Of a stretch of DNA of 64,000 nt, positions 29,607-39,914 are shown piece by piece. How positions within the stretch are numbered: the stretch's first letter is position 1; each line of letters begins with the position of its first letter. Both the position numbers and the translations under genes were made by a program. A model generated the notes under the pieces. That model searched no databases, was not told the DNA's origin, and saw nothing but the letters and a program-made list of their open reading frames with translations. The stretch lies in contig CBFHQV010000004.1 in assembly GCA_965658055.1 (NCBI GenBank), positions 609-64,608 on the forward strand, in the 5' to 3' direction. This stretch comes from Luminiphilus sp. (lineage in GTDB: Bacteria; Pseudomonadota; Gammaproteobacteria; Pseudomonadales; Halieaceae).

Positions 29607-32501
29607 TTGTCGTTTCCCGCAATCCTAGCGCCAACCTGCAACACGGCGTGGCAACGAATTCGTGATCAGCTTGAGCCGGAGCCCCTCGCCGAGCTGGAAG
29701 CTTTTCTTGCGCAAGGGGGGCATCACGAGGCGTTTAACAAGCTGCTTGCCACCAGCGACTTTTTTCTAGAGCAATTCTTACGGCATCACAGCTGGTTTAT
29801 CGACCAGCTTGCCAACCACCAGCTGCTGGAGGCCTCCGTTGTTACAGCGGATCTTATGCAAGACGAGCTATCAATTGCATTGTCCGGTCACAATGGTGAG
29901 CCCGAGGTCATGGCGGGGTTACGCCGATTCAGAAATCAGCAAATGCTGCGGATTGTTGCCCGAGAATTTCTGGGCATTGCGGAGCTTGATGAGACTTTTC
30001 GTGCACTGACAGCTCTTGCCGAGGTGTCTATTCAACACGCCGTGGTATGGGCAACGTCCCATTGGCAGGCGCGATATGGCATACCAACAGGTGAATGGTC
30101 GGGTGAGCCACAAGAGTTGGTCGTGCTCGGTATGGGAAAACTCGGCGGAGGGGAACTTAACCTGTCTTCGGATATCGATCTGATTTTTCTGTATCCGGAG
30201 TCTGGCGTAACAGAGGGACAAAGGAAGTCGGTTAGCAATCAGGAGTTTTTCATTCGTGTTGGCCAAACGGTGATCAAACTGCTCGACAGCCAGACTGTGG
30301 ACGGGTTTTGTTTTCGGGTTGATATGCGGTTAAGGCCATTTGGCAGCAGCGGTGCACTCGTTGCTAACTACAGCGCGATGGAGCTCTATTTGCAGGAACA
30401 TGGCCGTGAGTGGGAGCGTTATGCCATGGTGAAAGCGCGTCCGGTGACGGGAACCGTCAAATCGACTGCGCCGCTGGAACAGTTACTCGGGGCTTTTGTT
30501 TATCGGCGCTACACTGACTTTGGCGTCATCGAGTCCCTGCGAACTCTCAAGCAAACTATCGAGGCGGAGACCCGTCGACTGCAGTTGCAACACAATATCA
30601 AGCGCGGCGCCGGGGGGATCAGAGAGGTTGAGTTCATTGTTCAATGCAAGCAGCTTATCCACGGCGGCCGCCACGACGCGTTGCGGGTGAGGCCGTTAAA
30701 TCATGCTCTGCAGATACTGGCGGATTTAGATCTTATTTCTCGGGATGATCGTGACGGGCTGAGTGCAAGCTATCGATTTTTAAGGCGACTGGAAAATGCG
30801 CTGCAGGGTATTGCCGATGAGCAAACCCAAGCTCTGCCCGAAGATGACGTGGCGCGAGCTAGGCTGGCTTGGATAATGGGGGCCAAAAATTGGGCGCAGC
30901 TAAACGGCGAGATAGAAGCGGCTCGTGCCAAGATAAGCTGCTATTTCAGCGAGCTAATCAATCTGGGTGAAAGCGAGGACAAGACATCCCGGCCCACGCC
31001 TAAATGGGAGCAAATCTCAGCGTTGACCTTAAGTGAGAGGGGGTTTGCGGCGCCTGAAGCCACCTGGGATGCGCTTGAGTCTCTGATGGGAAGCACCAAA
31101 GTTGTGACGCTGCAGAAAGATGGCCGCGATAGATTAGAGCAGTTTTTGCCCCAGCTGATTGAGGCGGCCAGCCATCTTGAGAGCCCAGATTTAGGGGTGC
31201 TACGAACGCTTCCCTTTGTTACTGCCGTCCTTCGTCGCAGTGCGTACCTCTCACTGATGAATGAAAACCCGGCGGCGCTAACTCAGTTGGCATGGTTAAA
31301 CGCGGGGAGTCTTTGGATTTCCAAAAAGCTCGAGCAGCGACCTGAGTTGGTCGAGGAGCTGCTGCATGAGGAGAGGCTCTACAGCGCCCCGTCCCGGGAA
31401 GAGATGGCCGCACTCGTGAGAGAGCAGCTGCTCCGTATTCCCGAGGATGATCTCGAGCAGCAGATGCAGCTGATGGCAACGATCAAGGACGGGGTGGTTT
31501 TGCGAGTGGCCGCGAGTGAGTTGAGCGGTCGGCTGGATATTATGAAGGCCAGTGACAACCTCACTTTCTTGGCTGAGGTCATCATCCAGCAGGCCATTGA
31601 TGTGGCGCGGGCAGAGTTGGTGTCTCGGCATGGCGTGCCAGGGGGCGAAAACCCCGGATTTGCAGTGATGGGCTATGGCAAGCTCGGCGGCATTGAGTTG
31701 GGTTACGGGTCGGACTTGGACTTGGTCTTTGTCTACAGCGGCGCTGAGGGAGAGACATCGGGGCCTCGCCAGATCGACAATGCCCGTTTTTTTGCCAGAC
31801 TGGCTCAGCGCGTTGTTCATATTTTGGGTACCAATGTTGCATCGGGGCAGCTTTATGAGGTGGATATGCGCCTGCGCCCCAACGGCCAGTCCGGTTTGCC
31901 ATGCGTTAATTTGGCGGGGTTTTTGCGCTATCAGGCTGAGTCTGCCTGGACATGGGAGCATCAGGCGCTGGTCAGGGCGCGGCCGGTGGCGGGGGATCCG
32001 GGGCTATGTGAGGCACTGAAAGAGGCTAGACGCTCGGTTCTCTGTCAGCCACGGGATGCCCAGCAGCTACTCGCTGATGTGGTCTCCATGAGACGCAAGA
32101 TGTGGACCGAGGGGGAAACCCAGCTCGCGGACGGCCCCGACCAATTTGATATCAAACGAGCTCCCGGTGGCATCATTGATATTGAATTTGTGGTGCAATA
32201 TTTGGTTTTACGGGAGGCGCCGCATTATCCATCACTCCCCGAAGACACAGATGTTGTAAACTTGTTGGGTTCCTTGGCGACCCACGGCATCTTAACGGCT
32301 GCTCAGGGAGAAACGCTTAGGCGCGCCTATCTTGATTATCGCGCCCGGGTTCATCGCGCGGTGCTTGAGGGGGTGGAGCTCCTCGGGCAGGTGGAAGAGT
32401 TTAAAGAGACGCTGACCGCCGTTGTCGAAATCCGTAACGCTATTCTGCCCGGTTTATCCGAATCCCCGGAGCGGGCAGGTGGCAACATTGAAGAGAAGTA
32501 A
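29607..32501 (+). CDS. glnE: Bifunctional glutamine synthetase adenylyltransferase / adenylyl-removing enzyme
   Basis: The 964 aa product has two nucleotidyltransferase domains (GMGKLGGGELNLSSDIDLIF and GYGKLGGIELGYGSDLDLVF). A TTG start is inferred. Confidence 0.95.
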   Translation: MSFPAILAPTCNTAWQRIRDQLEPEPLAELEAFLAQGGHHEAFNKLLATSDFFLEQFLRHHSWFIDQLANHQLLEASVVTADLMQDELSIALSGHNGEPEVMAGLRRFRNQQMLRIVAREFLGIAELDETFRALTALAEVSIQHAVVWATSHWQARYGIPTGEWSGEPQELVVLGMGKLGGGELNLSSDIDLIFLYPESGVTEGQRKSVSNQEFFIRVGQTVIKLLDSQTVDGFCFRVDMRLRPFGSSGALVANYSAMELYLQEHGREWERYAMVKARPVTGTVKSTAPLEQLLGAFVYRRYTDFGVIESLRTLKQTIEAETRRLQLQHNIKRGAGGIREVEFIVQCKQLIHGGRHDALRVRPLNHALQILADLDLISRDDRDGLSASYRFLRRLENALQGIADEQTQALPEDDVARARLAWIMGAKNWAQLNGEIEAARAKISCYFSELINLGESEDKTSRPTPKWEQISALTLSERGFAAPEATWDALESLMGSTKVVTLQKDGRDRLEQFLPQLIEAASHLESPDLGVLRTLPFVTAVLRRSAYLSLMNENPAALTQLAWLNAGSLWISKKLEQRPELVEELLHEERLYSAPSREEMAALVREQLLRIPEDDLEQQMQLMATIKDGVVLRVAASELSGRLDIMKASDNLTFLAEVIIQQAIDVARAELVSRHGVPGGENPGFAVMGYGKLGGIELGYGSDLDLVFVYSGAEGETSGPRQIDNARFFARLAQRVVHILGTNVASGQLYEVDMRLRPNGQSGLPCVNLAGFLRYQAESAWTWEHQALVRARPVAGDPGLCEALKEARRSVLCQPRDAQQLLADVVSMRRKMWTEGETQLADGPDQFDIKRAPGGIIDIEFVVQYLVLREAPHYPSLPEDTDVVNLLGSLATHGILTAAQGETLRRAYLDYRARVHRAVLEGVELLGQVEEFKETLTAVVEIRNAILPGLSESPERAGGNIEEK

Positions 32502-32512
32502 GAGGGCACACT

Positions 32513-33445
32513 ATGGATCTGTCCAAGCTCAGCGGGCAAATTTGGCTAGACGGCGAGCTCGTCCCCTGGGAGGAGGCGCGTGTCCACGTATTAACCCACA
32601 CGTTCCACTATGGCCTCGGGGTGTTTGAAGGCGTCAGGGCGTATAAGACAGAAAGTCAGGGTACGTGCATTTTCAGGTTACGCGAACACACAGACCGGCT
32701 TTTCCGTTCGGCAAAAATTCTTCAGATGGACATGCCCTGGGACAAGCAAGCGCTCAACAAGGCACAGTGTGAGGTTGTCCGCGTTAATCAACTGGAAGAG
32801 GGTTACTTGCGCCCGATGTGCTTTCTCGGATCAGAGGGAATGGGCTTGAGGGCGGATAATTTAAAAACCCACGTCATGGTCGCGGCGTGGCCATGGCCCT
32901 CTTACATGGATCCAGAGGCGCGAGATCGCGGCATCGCTGTGCGCACCTCAAGCTACACTCGGCATCATGTCAACATCACGATGTGTAAGGCCAAAGCGAA
33001 TGGCAATTACATTAACTCCATCATGGCGTTGCGCGAGGCACTGGACAGCGGTTGTGAGGAAGCTTTGCTGTTAGATAACGAAGGCTATGTGGCCGAGGGC
33101 AGCGGCGAAAACTTTTTTATGGTGCGAGACGGTGTGATTTACACCCCCGATTTGACCTCCTGTCTCGATGGCATCACCCGAAATGCGATTTTCAAAATAG
33201 CGGCGGATGAGGGTTATCAAGTCCGTGAAAAGAGAATTACCCGTGATGAAGTCTATATTTGTGACGAGGCTTTTTTTACGGGAACGGCGGCAGAGGTTGT
33301 CCCCATTAGAGAGCTTGATCGGCGTCAAATTGGTGAGGGACGCCGAGGGCCGGTCACTGAAAAATTTCAGGGCATTTACTTCGATGCGGTGCGAGGCCGC
33401 TCGAGTCGGTATGCCGAATGGCTAACACCGGTCGACGGTCGTTGA
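32513..33445 (+). CDS. ilvE: Branched-chain amino acid aminotransferase
   Basis: The 310 aa product has class IV aminotransferase blocks: HYGLGVFEGVRAY, KANGNYINS (the PLP lysine region) and EGSGENFF. Confidence 0.95.
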   Translation: MDLSKLSGQIWLDGELVPWEEARVHVLTHTFHYGLGVFEGVRAYKTESQGTCIFRLREHTDRLFRSAKILQMDMPWDKQALNKAQCEVVRVNQLEEGYLRPMCFLGSEGMGLRADNLKTHVMVAAWPWPSYMDPEARDRGIAVRTSSYTRHHVNITMCKAKANGNYINSIMALREALDSGCEEALLLDNEGYVAEGSGENFFMVRDGVIYTPDLTSCLDGITRNAIFKIAADEGYQVREKRITRDEVYICDEAFFTGTAAEVVPIRELDRRQIGEGRRGPVTEKFQGIYFDAVRGRSSRYAEWLTPVDGR

Positions 33446-33471
33446 CCCACAAGTAAGACCAAGGACCTGTC

Positions 33472-34299
33472 ATGTTGACGCCCACCTGCCACACGCTTCC
33501 CTCAGGACTTTTTTGTCGCTATTGGAGTCCCGAGAACGAGGTGCGGGGCGCGGTGATCGTTGTTCACGGCCTAGGCGAGCACAGCGGTCGCTATCAGGCA
33601 TTGGCGGAGGTGCTTACGGCACGCGGCTTGGTGGTTATGGCGCTCGATCATCCCGGCCATGGAGAGTCTCCCGGCCACCGTGTTTTTATCCGCCATTTCG
33701 ATGAATTTTTGACCGGTGTGCGCGAGTGCCGAGAGCACCTCTTGAGCATGCAGCCGGACGCCCCTTGTTTCATTCTGGGCCACAGCATGGGTGGGCTGAT
33801 CGTGTCGCGGCTCTTGCTCGAAGACCAGCACCACTACCGCGGTGCTCTATTAAGTGGCCCTGCGTTTGAGGCGGGGGAGCCGCCATCTCCCATATTGCTC
33901 AAGTTAGTGGGACTCCTGGCCAAACTTTTGCCGCGGTTGGGTGTCATGGCGCTGGACTCCCGGGGAGTCAGTCGTGACCCCCGCGTTGTAGAAGCTTACG
34001 ACAACGACCCACTGGTCAATCACGGTAAGGTGACGGCGGGCCTCGCCCATGCGTTGCTTACCACCATGGCGGTGGTACTGGAGCGAGCAGAGGAGATCAC
34101 TCTGCCGCTACTGGTCATGCACGGCGCCGCTGATTCCATGGCAGCACCGGCAGGGGCGGAAAAATTTGTTGCCCAGGTCGGGTCCCAAGACCTCACCTTT
34201 ACACTCCTCCCCGAGTTGTATCACGAAATTTTTAACGAACCCGAGGGCCCGCAAATCATGGGCGCTTTTGCGGACTGGATAGAGGCCCGACTGCCATGA
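33472..34299 (+). CDS. Alpha/beta hydrolase (lysophospholipase / monoacylglycerol lipase-like)
   Basis: HGLGEHSGRY forms the oxyanion region, GHSMGG is the nucleophile elbow, and a C-terminal HE pair occurs in YHEIFNE. The stop overlaps the rfbD start (ATGA). Confidence 0.8.
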   Translation: MLTPTCHTLPSGLFCRYWSPENEVRGAVIVVHGLGEHSGRYQALAEVLTARGLVVMALDHPGHGESPGHRVFIRHFDEFLTGVRECREHLLSMQPDAPCFILGHSMGGLIVSRLLLEDQHHYRGALLSGPAFEAGEPPSPILLKLVGLLAKLLPRLGVMALDSRGVSRDPRVVEAYDNDPLVNHGKVTAGLAHALLTTMAVVLERAEEITLPLLVMHGAADSMAAPAGAEKFVAQVGSQDLTFTLLPELYHEIFNEPEGPQIMGAFADWIEARLP

Positions 34300-35168
34300 C
34301 CAAGGTCGCTGTTTTCGGCGCTCACGGTCAGCTGGGTTGCGAACTTCAGCTTACCCAGCCGGACGGTCTGGAAGTCACCTATCTAACCCGTGCTCAGGTC
34401 GATATTGCCAGCATTGATCAGGTCGCTGATTGTCTTAATACCCTGAACCCCGCCGCCATTATTAACGCGGCGGCCTACACGGCGGTTGATCGCGCCGAAC
34501 AAGAGCCACACCTTGCTGAGGCAGCTAATGCCGTGGGCCCGGGGAATCTGGCCGAGTGGGCCGGACAGCGGGGCGCTCGGCTGCTTCACGTATCAACAGA
34601 TTTTGTTTTCGATGGCCTCAGTGCCACGCCTTATAAAGTTAGCGACCCGCCAAATCCCCTCGGAGTCTACGGCCAAACAAAGCTGGCCGGGGAGGGGCGG
34701 GTATTGGCTACCGATGGAGCTCATCTTGTACTGCGAACAGGCTGGGTCTACTCACGCCACGGCGGCAACTTCGTGAAAACCATGCTCAGATTGATGAGCG
34801 AGCGGGAACAGATAGCGGTGGTGGAGGACCAGACCGGAACACCCACCTGGGCCCGAGGGCTGGCCAGCACCTGTTGGGCGCTGGCGTCGAACCCCGATAC
34901 TCGAGGCTTGTATCATTGGAGCGACAAGGGTTCCTGCAGCTGGTTTGAATTTGCCCTGGCTATTCAGGAGGCGGCCTTACCGCTTGGCCTGCTCGACCGT
35001 AAAATCGAAGTGCTGCCTATCTCTACCACAGCGTACCCAACGCCGGCGAGGCGGCCTGCCTATAGTGTGCTGGATAAGACGGAGACCTGGCGCGCAATCG
35101 GTGATGAAGGCCAGCCATGGCGTGAGGCATTGCAGGCCATGCTTCGTGATCTTGCGAGCAGTCTGTAA
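34296..35168 (+). CDS. rfbD: dTDP-4-dehydrorhamnose reductase
   Basis: The N-terminal GAHGQLG is a Rossmann motif, and further blocks are INAAAYTAVD, STDFVFDG and YGQTK (YxxxK). Confidence 0.9.
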   Translation: MTKVAVFGAHGQLGCELQLTQPDGLEVTYLTRAQVDIASIDQVADCLNTLNPAAIINAAAYTAVDRAEQEPHLAEAANAVGPGNLAEWAGQRGARLLHVSTDFVFDGLSATPYKVSDPPNPLGVYGQTKLAGEGRVLATDGAHLVLRTGWVYSRHGGNFVKTMLRLMSEREQIAVVEDQTGTPTWARGLASTCWALASNPDTRGLYHWSDKGSCSWFEFALAIQEAALPLGLLDRKIEVLPISTTAYPTPARRPAYSVLDKTETWRAIGDEGQPWREALQAMLRDLASSL

Positions 35169-35226
35169 ATTCGGGCGCGATAGACAGCACGCCGCGGTGT
35201 CATTCAGGAACGAGGAATAGTAGGAA

Positions 35227-36288
35227 ATGAGTCGAGCATTACTTGTGACAGGAGGCGCCGGTTTTATCGGCGCCAACTTCGTCTACTATTGGTGTCAGCG
35301 CTATCCGGAGGATCGGGTGGTGGTATACGACGCACTCACCTACGCGGGTAACCGTTCAAGCCTGAGCACGCTCGAAGAGCAAGGCCGCATTGTCTTTGTG
35401 GAGGGGGATATTTGTGACGGCGCCAGGGTGAGGAAAGCCCTGGCGGAGCACGAAATAGACACGCTGGTGCATTTTGCTGCCGAGAGCCATGTCGACCGCT
35501 CCATCACCGGCCCCGATGCGTTTATTCAGACCAATTTGATCGGAACCTATACGTTGTTGGCCGCTGCCAAAGAAGTTTGGCTGAAGGGCTCCGGTCGGCC
35601 GCATCGTTTTCACCACGTATCGACCGATGAGGTGTTCGGCTCACTGGGGGCCGAGGATCCGGCTTTCACCGAGACCCTGCGCTATGAGCCCAACTCGCCT
35701 TACTCCGCCAGCAAGGCAGGGAGCGATCATTTGGTCCGCGCCTACCATCACACCTATGGTCTCGAGGTGACGACCAGTAACTGTTCGAACAACTATGGGC
35801 CCTTTCATTTTCCGGAAAAACTGATTCCGCTGTGCCTCACCAATATCTTGGATGGACGGCCACTTCCGGTCTATGGCGATGGCACTAATATCCGTGATTG
35901 GCTGTACGTGGAAGATCACGCTCGCGGTATCGATCGCGTTATCACCGATGGACAGCCGGGAGAGACCTACAATATTGGCGGCAATAATGAGTGGGCCAAT
36001 ATCGATATTGTAAACCTGCTGTGTGTCGCTTTAGATCAGCGATTCTCCGTTGACTCAACCCTCGCTGAGCGCTTCCCCGATTCCCCGGCCGCGGGTGGTG
36101 ACTCTGCGTCGTTGATCACCTACGTTGATGATCGTGCGGGGCACGATTGGCGCTATGCGATTGACGCGGACAAGATAGAGCGTACGCTGGGCTTTTCGCC
36201 CGTCGAGACCTTTGAAACGGGTATCGCCAAAACACTTGATTGGTATCTCGCGAACGAGGCGTGGTGGCGGCCGCTCCTTAAGCGCTAG
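35227..36288 (+). CDS. rfbB: dTDP-glucose 4,6-dehydratase
   Basis: Blocks are TGGAGFIG, HFAAESHVDRS, STDEVFG and YSASKAGSDHLVRAY, all canonical RmlB. Confidence 0.96.
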   Translation: MSRALLVTGGAGFIGANFVYYWCQRYPEDRVVVYDALTYAGNRSSLSTLEEQGRIVFVEGDICDGARVRKALAEHEIDTLVHFAAESHVDRSITGPDAFIQTNLIGTYTLLAAAKEVWLKGSGRPHRFHHVSTDEVFGSLGAEDPAFTETLRYEPNSPYSASKAGSDHLVRAYHHTYGLEVTTSNCSNNYGPFHFPEKLIPLCLTNILDGRPLPVYGDGTNIRDWLYVEDHARGIDRVITDGQPGETYNIGGNNEWANIDIVNLLCVALDQRFSVDSTLAERFPDSPAAGGDSASLITYVDDRAGHDWRYAIDADKIERTLGFSPVETFETGIAKTLDWYLANEAWWRPLLKR

Positions 36289-36836
36289 ACTCGAAATTTA
36301 GGCACTTCGGTATACGCCAGGCCGCACTGATCTTTTTCCGAGAGCAGTGGCGGTTGGCCGTCGAGAATGGGCCAGTCGATACCCACCTCGGGATCATCCC
36401 ACGCCAGCGTCAGTTCGCTTTCAGGGTGATAGTACTCGGTGCATTTGTAGAGAAAGTCAGCGCTCTCGGAGAGTACATAAAAGCCATGGGCAAAGCCCGG
36501 GGGCACCCATAGCATCTCACCACCTTCTTCGGTCAGGGTGTAACCCACCCACTGGCCACAAGTTGGGGAGTCAGCCCGGAGATCAACTGCCACGTCAAAG
36601 ACGGCGCCGGAGGTCACCCGAACCAGCTTTCCCTGGGGCTGTTCTGTTTGAAAGTGCAGGCCTCGCAGAATGCCCTGCCGAGATCGGGAGTGGTTATCCT
36701 GAACGAAGTCCTCGCGGATGCCGAGCTCGGCAAATACCCGTCGGTTCCAGCTCTCCAGAAAAAATCCCCGGCGGTCACCGAAGATTTTGGGTTTGATTAC
36801 TACCACCCCCTGGAGCGGAGTCGGTTCAAGGTCCAT
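36285..36836 (-). CDS. rfbC: dTDP-4-dehydrorhamnose 3,5-epimerase
   Basis: The 183 aa product has RmlC cupin blocks: [14 protein letters not shown] and PPGFAHGF. Confidence 0.95.
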   Translation of the reverse strand: MDLEPTPLQGVVVIKPKIFGDRRGFFLESWNRRVFAELGIREDFVQDNHSRSRQGILRGLHFQTEQPQGKLVRVTSGAVFDVAVDLRADSPTCGQWVGYTLTEEGGEMLWVPPGFAHGFYVLSESADFLYKCTEYYHPESELTLAWDDPEVGIDWPILDGQPPLLSEKDQCGLAYTEVPKFRV

Positions 36837-37731
36837 CCCAATACACCCCGCGCTCGTTTAACAATCCCTCAAGGTAAACACCGTAACCACTTTTCAAAAG
36901 TGGCTTGGCGAGAGCTTGGAGTTGCTCTGCGGAGATATAGCCCATGCGATAAGCGATTTCTTCGGGGCAGGCGATCTTCAAGCCCTGGCGTTCTTCAACG
37001 ACCCGAATAAAATTCGCCGCGTCTAATAATGAGTTATGGGTGCCCGTATCGAGCCACGCCATGCCGCGAGACATGACCTCAACACGTAGGTCTCCGCGTT
37101 CAAGATAGACTTTGTTAACGTCGGTAATTTCTAACTCTCCGCGGGGTGAGGGCTTTATGTCTCGGGCGATAGACACCACGTCGTTGTCGTAAAAATAAAG
37201 ACCGGTTACCGCGTAGTTTGATCGAGGCTCCGGCGGTTTTTCTTCGATACCCACCGCCATTCCTTGGGCATCAAACTCAACGACGCCGTAGCGCTCAGGG
37301 TCCTGCACGTAGTATGCGAACACCGAGGCACCCTGTTGTTGTTGCGCAGAGCGCTGCAGCCTTTGGGTGAGGCCATCCCCGTAAAAAATATTGTCACCCA
37401 ACACCAGAGCGACCGGGCTATCACCGATAAAGTCGGCGCCGAGAATAAAGGCTTGCGCCAGGCCATCGGGACTGGGCTGTACGGTATACGACAAATTTAA
37501 TCCCCACTGGGCGCCGCTGCCGAGCAGGTTCTGAAACGCCGCTTGGTCTTGGGGCGTGGTGATAATCAAAATGTCCTGAATCCCGGCGCGCATCAGTGTC
37601 GCAAGCGGGTAGTAAATCATGGGCTTGTCGTAAACAGGCATGAGCTGCTTGCTAACGGTGCTGGTTAGGGGGTGCAAACGCGTTCCCGACCCACCGGCTA
37701 GGACGATCCCTTTAAAGCGTGTTTCAGACAT
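36826..37731 (-). CDS. rfbA: Glucose-1-phosphate thymidylyltransferase
   Basis: The internal ATG at 37731 gives [23 protein letters not shown] (the G-x-G-T-R motif), and the rest is RmlA-like. The track ORF extends to 37827. Confidence 0.95.
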   Translation of the reverse strand: MSETRFKGIVLAGGSGTRLHPLTSTVSKQLMPVYDKPMIYYPLATLMRAGIQDILIITTPQDQAAFQNLLGSGAQWGLNLSYTVQPSPDGLAQAFILGADFIGDSPVALVLGDNIFYGDGLTQRLQRSAQQQQGASVFAYYVQDPERYGVVEFDAQGMAVGIEEKPPEPRSNYAVTGLYFYDNDVVSIARDIKPSPRGELEITDVNKVYLERGDLRVEVMSRGMAWLDTGTHNSLLDAANFIRVVEERQGLKIACPEEIAYRMGYISAEQLQALAKPLLKSGYGVYLEGLLNERGVYWDGP

Positions 37732-37896
37732 GCAAGAACCCAGTAAAAGCGGACAGCTCGCAGTATATCGCGTGCGGGTAATAGTTGGCGAACCCGAATA
37801 GCCGCGTTTGCGGATGCCCTGATACACTGGGGCTTCCTAATCGGTGGGGACCGCCACATTAACGCACCCGTCACAACAGCCGGGCACGCTCTGTCC

Positions 37897-39192
37897 GTGC
37901 TCGAAAAATCTGCGCTTGCGGAGGTATCTCCGCGCTTGCGAATAGCCCTGCTTGGCTATCGTTCGGCACCCTTCTCGGGTGGGCAGGGAGTTTATTTGAA
38001 ATATCTGAGCCGGGCTTTGGCCTCACTGGGCCATTCGGTTTCGGTTGTGTCGGGGCCGCCCTATCCGCACCTGGATGCCAATATTACCCTGCATAAATTG
38101 CCTAGCTTGGACCTTTATACCAAGGGTCTGTCTTCGGTCACCTGGCGACAGATCTGGCAAGACCCCCTCGCGCGCCGTGAGTGGTGGAGTAAGTTAACAG
38201 GGGGGTTTGTCGAGCCTTGGACGTTCGGCGAGCGCGCGCGCCAGTGGCTGCTGGAACACGCCGATAGTTTTGACGTTATTCACGATAACCAAACCTTATC
38301 GGATGGCATCTTGACCCTGCAAGACGCTGGGTTACCGCTGGTTACGACTATCCATCACCCCATTACTCGGGATCGCAAACTGGCTTGTGAGGCGGAAACC
38401 CGCTGGTATAACAAGCTACTCGTGTTGCGTTGGTATGACTTTCTAACCATGCAGCAGCGGGTAGCCAAGAAGCTTGATCATATTGTCACCGTATCAGGCG
38501 TAAGCCGCCGGGATATTGTGGCAGATTTTGGCGTCGACCCCCGGCGGGTTGCGGTCATGTACAACGGCGTTGATGTCGATCTGTTCACGCCCCGACCCGA
38601 TCAGGCACGCAAGCCGAATCAAATTATGGCTACGGCGTCGGCGGATACGCCCACCAAAGGTTTGCACATTTTATTGCCGGCGGTGGCCGATCTGATTGCG
38701 GCGGGCAGGGACATCAATGTCGTTCTTATCGGCAAGCCCAGGCAGGGGGGTGATACTGAGCAACTTATACGCCGGCTTGGGCTGGAACCGCATATTCGCT
38801 GGTATCACGATCTTGAGCAGGAACGCATTGTTGATCTTTATGCCGAAAGTACGCTCGCGGTTGTCCCCTCGCTGTACGAGGGCTTTGGTTTGCCTGCGGT
38901 GGAGGCTATGGCCTGTGGTATACCGCTCGTTTGCAGTGATGGAGGCGCCTTGGCGGAGGTCGTCGGGGATGCAGCGCGCGTGGTACCTGCTGGCAATATA
39001 AGTGCTTTGACCGCAGCGCTCGCTGACTTGTTGGACAACGTTGCCGCCCGAGAGGAGCTCGGTCAGCGCGGGCGATCGCGAGCGCAGAGCGAGTTTAGCT
39101 GGCAGGTGTGCGCCCAGAGACTGACTGCTTATTATCAAAGCGTGATCAGTCTTGGCGCGCATACCGCTGACCGGTTGGAGACGGGCGCTTAA
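37897..39192 (+). CDS. Glycosyltransferase family 4 (GT-B, group 1)
   Basis: The N-terminus reads GGQGVYLKYLSRALASLGHSV. The C-terminal GT1 motif is SLYEGFGLPAVEAMACGIPLVCSDGGALAEVV (E-x7-E). A GTG start is inferred. Confidence 0.85.
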   Translation: MLEKSALAEVSPRLRIALLGYRSAPFSGGQGVYLKYLSRALASLGHSVSVVSGPPYPHLDANITLHKLPSLDLYTKGLSSVTWRQIWQDPLARREWWSKLTGGFVEPWTFGERARQWLLEHADSFDVIHDNQTLSDGILTLQDAGLPLVTTIHHPITRDRKLACEAETRWYNKLLVLRWYDFLTMQQRVAKKLDHIVTVSGVSRRDIVADFGVDPRRVAVMYNGVDVDLFTPRPDQARKPNQIMATASADTPTKGLHILLPAVADLIAAGRDINVVLIGKPRQGGDTEQLIRRLGLEPHIRWYHDLEQERIVDLYAESTLAVVPSLYEGFGLPAVEAMACGIPLVCSDGGALAEVVGDAARVVPAGNISALTAALADLLDNVAAREELGQRGRSRAQSEFSWQVCAQRLTAYYQSVISLGAHTADRLETGA

Positions 39193-39194
39193 GG

Positions 39195-39914
39195 ATGTTG
39201 ACGGTAGATTTTAGTTGGCTACCTCTGGCAGCAGGCGAGCGGCTTCTGGACGTAGGCTGTGGCGAGGGAAGGCACTCCCTGGCGGCTTATTTAACCCCTG
39301 GCGTCAGCGTGGTTGGATTAGATTTGTCAGCAAAAGATTTGAGTACGGCCAAGGGTCGGATCGATGATATGGCGCCCTATGATCCCAAGGGCAGCATTCA
39401 ATTTTGCCGGGGTGACGCCACACGGCTGCCATTTTCGGATGACGCGTTTGACCGGGTAATTTGTAGCGAGGTATTGGAGCATATTCCAAACTTCGTGGCG
39501 GTGTTGGGTGAGCTTTATCGAGTGCTCAAGCCCGGTGGGCGGCTTTGTGTCAGCGTACCGAGGGCTTGGCCTGAAAAAATCTGCTGGTGGTTGAGTCGTG
39601 ATTATCACAACACTCCCGGTGGGCATATCCGCATTTTCAGCCGCGAATTTCTTCAACGTGAGATAAGCCTACAGGGATTGCGTCCTTACCACAGTCACGG
39701 TGCACATGCCTTGCACGTACCTTACTGGTGGCTGCGCTGCCTGTTCTGGCATCGGGGCGAGAACTCGCGTGTGGTGGCGGCTTATCATCGCTTATTGGTG
39801 TGGGATTTAATGAACAAGCCGGCAATAACCGCCTGGTTTGATCGATTGTGTAATCCGTGGATGGGCAAAAGCGTTGTGCTTTATTTCAACAAGCCTGACG
39901 AGGAGCCTGTATGA
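39195..39914 (+). CDS. Class I SAM-dependent methyltransferase (Methyltransf_11-like)
   Basis: SAM motif I reads LLDVGCGEGRH, the post-I acidic residue is in GLDLS, and the motif II/III region reads FDRVICSEVLEHI...LKPGGRL. The gene starts 3 nt after the GT4 stop. Confidence 0.85.
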   Translation: MLTVDFSWLPLAAGERLLDVGCGEGRHSLAAYLTPGVSVVGLDLSAKDLSTAKGRIDDMAPYDPKGSIQFCRGDATRLPFSDDAFDRVICSEVLEHIPNFVAVLGELYRVLKPGGRLCVSVPRAWPEKICWWLSRDYHNTPGGHIRIFSREFLQREISLQGLRPYHSHGAHALHVPYWWLRCLFWHRGENSRVVAAYHRLLVWDLMNKPAITAWFDRLCNPWMGKSVVLYFNKPDEEPV

